Assembly: GCF_001194135.2 (NCBI RefSeq)
Contig: NC_068994.1
Location: 1,916,048 to 1,956,251 of the forward strand
Origin: Octopus bimaculoides
Taxonomy: Eukaryota
Direction of reading: 5' to 3'
DNA length: 40,204 bases
The position numbers and the translations under genes were made by a program. Of this stretch, positions 33,986 through 40,204 are shown one piece after another. Below the pieces are notes generated by a model. That model was given only the letters and a program-made list of their open reading frames with translations. It was not told the origin of the DNA and ran no database searches. Every line of letters begins with the position of its first letter. Position 1 is the first letter of the stretch.

Positions 33986-36900
33986 TCACAGAACTACAAA
34001 GCTGCAATGTTGTAAGGCTTCCTATTTGGCAGATAAAGTCAGGCTGCCATGAGAGATTGACAATAGAGATTGGAGAAAACTTAGAGAAATCAAAGATAAA
34101 ACCCACAATTACTTGAGAAAGGGAGAAAAAAAAAACAATTCATCAAACTAAAATTAACAATAAAATTAGCAATAAAGTTAGCACTGACATCAACAATAAC
34201 ATCATCAACAAGATATTAGCAACAATAAGTCGTTAACAAGGAGATTTTTAACAATGAAAGAGTAACAATGAGATTTGTTTAAGAAATAAGAGGGTGAGGG
34301 GGAGGGAGGGGAGGGAGTGAGGGGGTTAAATAAATATTTGTCAAATCTTAATAAAATAGGAAAATAACGAAAATATCAGCACAGACACATCATTGTACAT
34401 AGAGACACACTCTACACACAAATATATATGCAATTATAAACACATACACACAGACAGACAAGAATGCATACATATCTATATATCTATCTATCTATATATA
34501 TATATATATATAGAATCTGTAAGTGTAAGAGTAAAATTACACACACACACATGCACACACATATATATATGCATCTATAAGTATGTAGAATGTATAGGGC
34601 ACACTATTATATATTTTCTACAAAATTATATATACATACATAAATATATATATGTGTATATATATATATATATATNNNNNNNNNNNNNNNNNNNNNNNNN
34701 NNNNNNNNNNNNNNNNNNNNNNNNNNNNNNNNNNNNNNNNNNNNNNNNNNNNNNNNNNNNNNNNNNNNNNNNNNNNNNNNNNNNNNNNNNNNNNNNNNNN
34801 NNNNTATATACACACACATATATATATATGAAAATATACTGTTGAGCTGTCTGGTTGTATATGTGCACACGCACACATATACATATATAATTATACACCG
34901 TTTTATATTTTTTCTACACCATTAAATATGCATGTGTGTGTGTGTGTGTATATATATAGACACAGCTAAAATATGTACATGCATGTATATATAATACCAC
35001 AGCATTATATACACACGCCATACTTATTACTGCCATTGAGCATCAACATTTAAATGCGTCCAACTGATATGTCTGTTGAAGGGGTTAGGGTTCACCGCTA
35101 AATTACCAGCAAGAAAGGAACACATTAGGGTCTCTAACACCAACCAGGAAATCACACTCACCACTGCCGCCATGTACCATTTTTTTGTCTTCTCTTTAAG
35201 AAGATTTGATGAAATCAATAAGGTGTTAGATTTAGCTGCTAGCAAAACTGGAACTGCTCAAAGTACAAAGAAATATTGAAGAAGAGGAAAGGAAGGGACC
35301 AGCGTCTGTGGGTCGTCAGCGTGATGACAGTTTAACGGTCTCTCCTCAGTCAAAGATAATCTTTGGTAAAATCCAGCTGCCAAAATCACTTGCACAATGT
35401 TTCATGTTGCAGCAAACTGTGCGAGTGCACTTGGATCTGATTGAAGTTGTGTCAGTCAAAGAAGCGATTAAAAGAGTTTAGCAGCAGCAACAACAACAAC
35501 AACAACAACAACAGTCGTTGTGCCAGTCAGAGATGTAACAATGTATATTTTTACTGTGGAGAACACGAAGAATGTGAGAATGGTTAAATCTGTGATGGAT
35601 ATTTAGACAATTCTCACCGAACATCAATGTCCATTTTGACAAGGTAGTGAGTGGTTGTACCCAAAATAGCCATCAATCTGGTACTATGATGTGTGTGTGT
35701 GTATNNNNNNNNNNNNNNNNNNNNNNNNNNNNNNNNNNNNNNNNNNNNNNNNNNNNNNNNNNNNNNNNNNNNNNNNNNNNNNNNNNNNNNNNNNNNNNNN
35801 NNNNNNNNNNNNNNNNNNNNNNNNNNNNNNNNNNNNNNNNNNNNNNNNNNNNNNNNNNNNNNNNNNNNNNNNNNNNNNNNNNNNNNNNNNNNNNNNNNNN
35901 NNNNNNNNNNNNNNNNNNNNNNNNNNNNNNNNNNNNNNNNNNNNNNNNNNNNNNNNNNNNNNNNNNNNNNNNNNNNNNNNNNNNNNNNNNNNNNNNNNNN
36001 NNNNNNNNNNNNNNNNNNNNNNNNNNNNNNNNNNNNNNNNNNNNNNNNNNNNNNNNNNNNNNNNNNNNNNNNNNNNNNNNNNNNNNNNNNNNNNNNNNNN
36101 NNNNNNNNNNNNNNNNNNNNNNNNNNNNNNNNNNNNNNNNNNNNNNNNNNNNNNNNNNNNNNNNNNNNNNNNNNNNNNNNNNNNNNNNNNNNNNNNNNNN
36201 NNNNNNNNNNNNNNNNNNNNNNNNNNNNNNNNNNNNNNNNNNNNNNNNNNNNNNNNNNNNNNNNNNNNNNNNNNNNNNNNNNNNNNNNNNNNNNNNNNNN
36301 NNNNNNNNNNNNNNNNNNNNNNNNNNNNNNNNNNNNNNNNNNNNNNNNNNNNNNNNNNNNNNNNNNNNNNNNNNNNNNNNNNNNNNNNNNNNNNNNNNNN
36401 NNNNNNNNNNNNNNNNNNNNNNNNNNNNNNNNNNNNNNNNNNNNNNNNNNNNNNNNNNNNNNNNNNNNNNNNNNNNNNNNNNNNNNNNNNNNNNNNNNNN
36501 NNNNNNNNNNNNNNNNNNNNNNNNNNNNNNNNATATATATGTGTGTGTGTGTATGTATATGTATATATATATATATATATATGTATATACATATACACAC
36601 ACACACACACACGCACACACACATATATATATGAAAGGCAAAAGCAAGAATATAGTGAGTTAACCTGTTCTAACACCTGTGCGGAGTACATCAGAATATT
36701 GGTATTTATGGTAGTGATGGAGACCAGCTGAGCACATTGGGAGAATGGAAGCTTGAGCAAAGAGGAGGTAATAGGAGGGGGGAGGTGTTGTTGCTAGCAG
36801 CAGTAGCGGTGGTGGTGGTGGTGGTGGTGATGATGATGATGTTAAGCCTGGTTATGGTAACAATGCTGATGATGATGACAGTGGTGTTGATGGTGATGAT

Positions 36901-37235
36901 GATAATACTATGCAGAATTCTGTGTATTTGTCTCTGTGTGAATGTATATGTATATGCATACATGTATATGTGTCTCTGTTTTGGATAAAAGACAAATAAT
37001 TACACATTCATTAACACACTATCAGAAATATACACATCTACTAAATTATTCATGTTATACACACATAACTGCATGTTTCTATACACATGTACACTTATGC
37101 CTCTATGAATATGCATATATATAAATATATATGTGTGTGTGAGAGAGAGAGAGAGAGAGTATGCATATATATATATATGCATACATGTATATATATATAT
37201 ATATAATATATATCATATATATATATATAATATAT

Positions 37236-37299
<64 letters not shown>

Positions 37300-38000
37300 C
37301 AAGTGTGTGTATATAAAATATATGTGTGTGTGTGCATACATACACATGTGACACTATACATATTTGATGGCTCACAACAAGAGACAACATACAAGTGTTT
37401 CCTCGTTAACAAATGATAACAAGACATGCAACGAGCATTTGCTGACAGATGTTTAATTAACAACAATGAGAGATCATCTACTAATATAGCTGACAAACAC
37501 TGTAATGAGATGCTGTAATAGATACAGAAATTTCAGGTAAGAGCACAGGTGAGAACACAGGTGAAATATGTGATTGGCTAAAGTTGTAGGAAACTGTATT
37601 AAATGATTGATGATTGATGATGCATGACTGGTTAAATGTTGTTGTCATCGTCATCATCATTATCATCATCGTTGTCATCATCATTATAATCATCGTTGTC
37701 ATCACAACAGAATCATCAGATAAAATATTTGATGACATTTCTTCCAGCTCTTAACATCCTGAGTTCAAATCCTGTTGCTGTCAACTGCTCCTTATGCAAT
37801 GGGCTTGCTGCCTGCACGGTACCTATGGTACCCTGATGTCTGTTCTATTTTCAACTCTCTGATACTCCCCCCTCCCATGTCCATTCTTTCATTTTGGGAC
37901 TAGGCCATTTGCATAAACAAATTAGATATAAGCATAGGGAAATATCTCAAAGGAACTAATGTCATGTATGTGAACGAGGGCAACGAATAACCGTATATCA

Positions 38001-38228
38001 AAGGGCGGTGAGCTGGCAGAACCATTAGGAGGCTGGGCGAAATGCTTAGCAGTATTTTGTCTGCTGTTACGTTCTGAGTTCAAATTCCACCGAGGTCGAC
38101 TTTGCCTTTCATCCTTTTGGGATCAATTTAAAAAGTACCAGTCACGCACTGGGGTCGATGTAATCAACTTAATCCCGTTGTTTGTCCTCTCTATGTTTAG
38201 CCTCCTGTGGGCAATAAAGAAAGAAATA
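38001..38228 (+). mobile_element. SINE family C, full-length (tail subtype ...gcctcctgtgggcaataaagaaagaaata)
   Basis: Complete head, B-box gagttcaaattcc, conserved centre and tail. Confidence 0.9.
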
Positions 38229-38644
38229 TAGATTCTTGTTTTATTGAAATGATATCTGTTTGCAGGGAAGGTAGAACAATTAGATGGTGGCAATATGTGA
38301 CAACTACAATTAATTAGGAGGAGTAAATTAGCTGGGGGGGGGGTGTAGCTAGTAGCAGTTGGATAGTTCCAAAGATGAAGAACCATTATAGATGTGGCAG
38401 ACATTGTGAAAGTGGGTGTTTCTTTAGATATGGTTCAATGATTACAGAATGGGGGAGGGCTGCTGTGCTACTCCCAGGGGAGAGATGACAGGTGACGGCT
38501 TATGTCAGAGACTGGTGAACATATAATAACAGGGCTTCCTGCCAGGTTGCATGCAAGGCCATATTTTGGCCAAGAATTAGGCATGGCTTGCACAACTGTT
38601 GCTTCTGTTTCGAGAGTGTGTCTATGTGTGTCGTCTGCCTACAT

Positions 38645-38678
38645 AATAACTGTAAACTTACTTTTGGGCCACCCTGTA
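38645..38678 (-). mobile_element. Solo Tc1/mariner-type terminal inverted repeat
   Basis: The minus strand reads TA|cagggtggcccaaaagtaagtttacagttatt, the typical TA-CAGGGTG end. I could not find a partner TIR. Confidence 0.55.
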
Positions 38679-39529
38679 TATATACATGTATGTGTATGTA
38701 CATATGTGTGAATGTGTTTGTGTGTGTAGTTCTATATCTAGTTATATTTTCCATCGGTTATGTTAACCCAATGACAAAGCAAACCAATATGTCAGGGAAA
38801 CTGCCAACAGACGAAATATAAAGTAATTATTTTGTTATTTCTTTTATGATTTTTACAGAAGAGACAACATTTCAGATCCATTATTTTTCCTGCACAAATT
38901 ATTTCATCCACTTCAAGCACCTCACCCTACAACACAGAACAAATATAGTATATGATGCTTTCTATATCCACAGAGAGATCCACACACAAATAGATGATTT
39001 ATAATAAGACTAATATTCATCACTCTACACAAGGCTAAAAATAACAATAGACAGATTAAACAAACAATCAAAATTCCTGTAAGAGTGGTACCGTCGGCAT
39101 CACATCATATTGACTCTTCTTGTTATATAGAGTCAGCAGTACACTCCAGTATTACTCCATCCTGAAGATGAGACTGTGAAAGTCTAGAGATGTTGTTGAG
39201 TCAATGATAGAGTGTGGCACTTTGCTGTTCCAAACTACTATGAACTGCTACGTAAAAAATATGAACAAGAATTGATAAACATGACAAAACTTGAACACAG
39301 TCATGCTTTCATGACAGGTTCAATGGAAAGCACACACAGACACACACTCACACACACACACACACACACACACACATTTATGTTTATATATAATTCTTAG
39401 CAGTTAAATGATATGACTCTTGTAAAAAACACTTACTTCCCTACATAATGCACAGATACACTTGCACATGCGGCACATGCATTTATAGATAAATATTCCA
39501 TATACATATATATGCATGCATACACACAC

Positions 39530-39578
<49 letters not shown>

Positions 39579-39870
39579 CACATATATGTGTATGTCTATA
39601 TGTCTGCGTACACACGCACACATATAATTTTGCACAAATATATACAAATTTATATTCGGAGAGGTGGATAGATGGATATATTGAAAGACAAGTATGGTAA
39701 ACAATCACACACACACACACACACACAATATCCAGTTAAGGAGCCAGAGAATACAGCAGGATGCTTACCTCCCTAAAAATCAATAACTTGGACAAATCTA
39801 AAAATAAATGTTTTTTTCCTACAAAAAAAGATAAGAACTGCCATCAGTGTGTGGATGTGTGTGTATATGC

Positions 39871-39922
<52 letters not shown>

Positions 39923-40204
39923 GCACACACGTGTGTGTGTGTGTGTATTAATGCATATATGCATGCACATATTGACGTGTATTGATGTATATATTGATAA
40001 CTATATTGATGTACACAAGCAAAAAAATACATGAGTGCATGTGTATGTATACACATACATATACATAATTATATATACACAAATATATATATATACACAT
40101 ATGCTCACAAACACATACATAATGTGTGTATATCTAAAATCCCAAATATTGTTGCCATGGTTATCAACTGAAGACCCTTAAAGAACCATTTCCTCAGAAG
40201 TATT

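Overview
This is AT-rich eukaryotic DNA from a gapped short-read scaffold (roughly 3.7 kb of N), dominated by microsatellites and interspersed repeats. The repeat families and the gene type point to a coleoid cephalopod, most likely Octopus (inference). There is one host gene: a minus-strand protocadherin. Its signal peptide, six cadherin repeats, TM helix and about 98 aa of cytoplasmic tail lie in one large exon (33017-30542), bounded by a clear acceptor and a phase-0 GTAAGT donor, so the last 14 aa of the 825-aa track ORF are probably intron read-through. The rest is a transposon graveyard: several tRNA-type SINE families, RTE LINE fragments, a decayed Penelope-like element, a C-terminal fragment of an RLE-type (HERO-like) retrotransposon, maT (DD37D) and rosa/DD41D-like Tc1/mariner relics, and an inverted-repeat MITE. 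I found no rRNA, true tRNA, CRISPR or prokaryotic system, and nothing here proves a new biological system. The best leads are a degenerate Ca2+ linker at EC3-EC4, two alternative CxCxC C-termini, a His-Thr-Pro repeat in the tail, a dense TGTSACA cluster downstream of the exon, and a SINE with a tail-to-head junction. All family assignments come from recalled motifs, not database searches.
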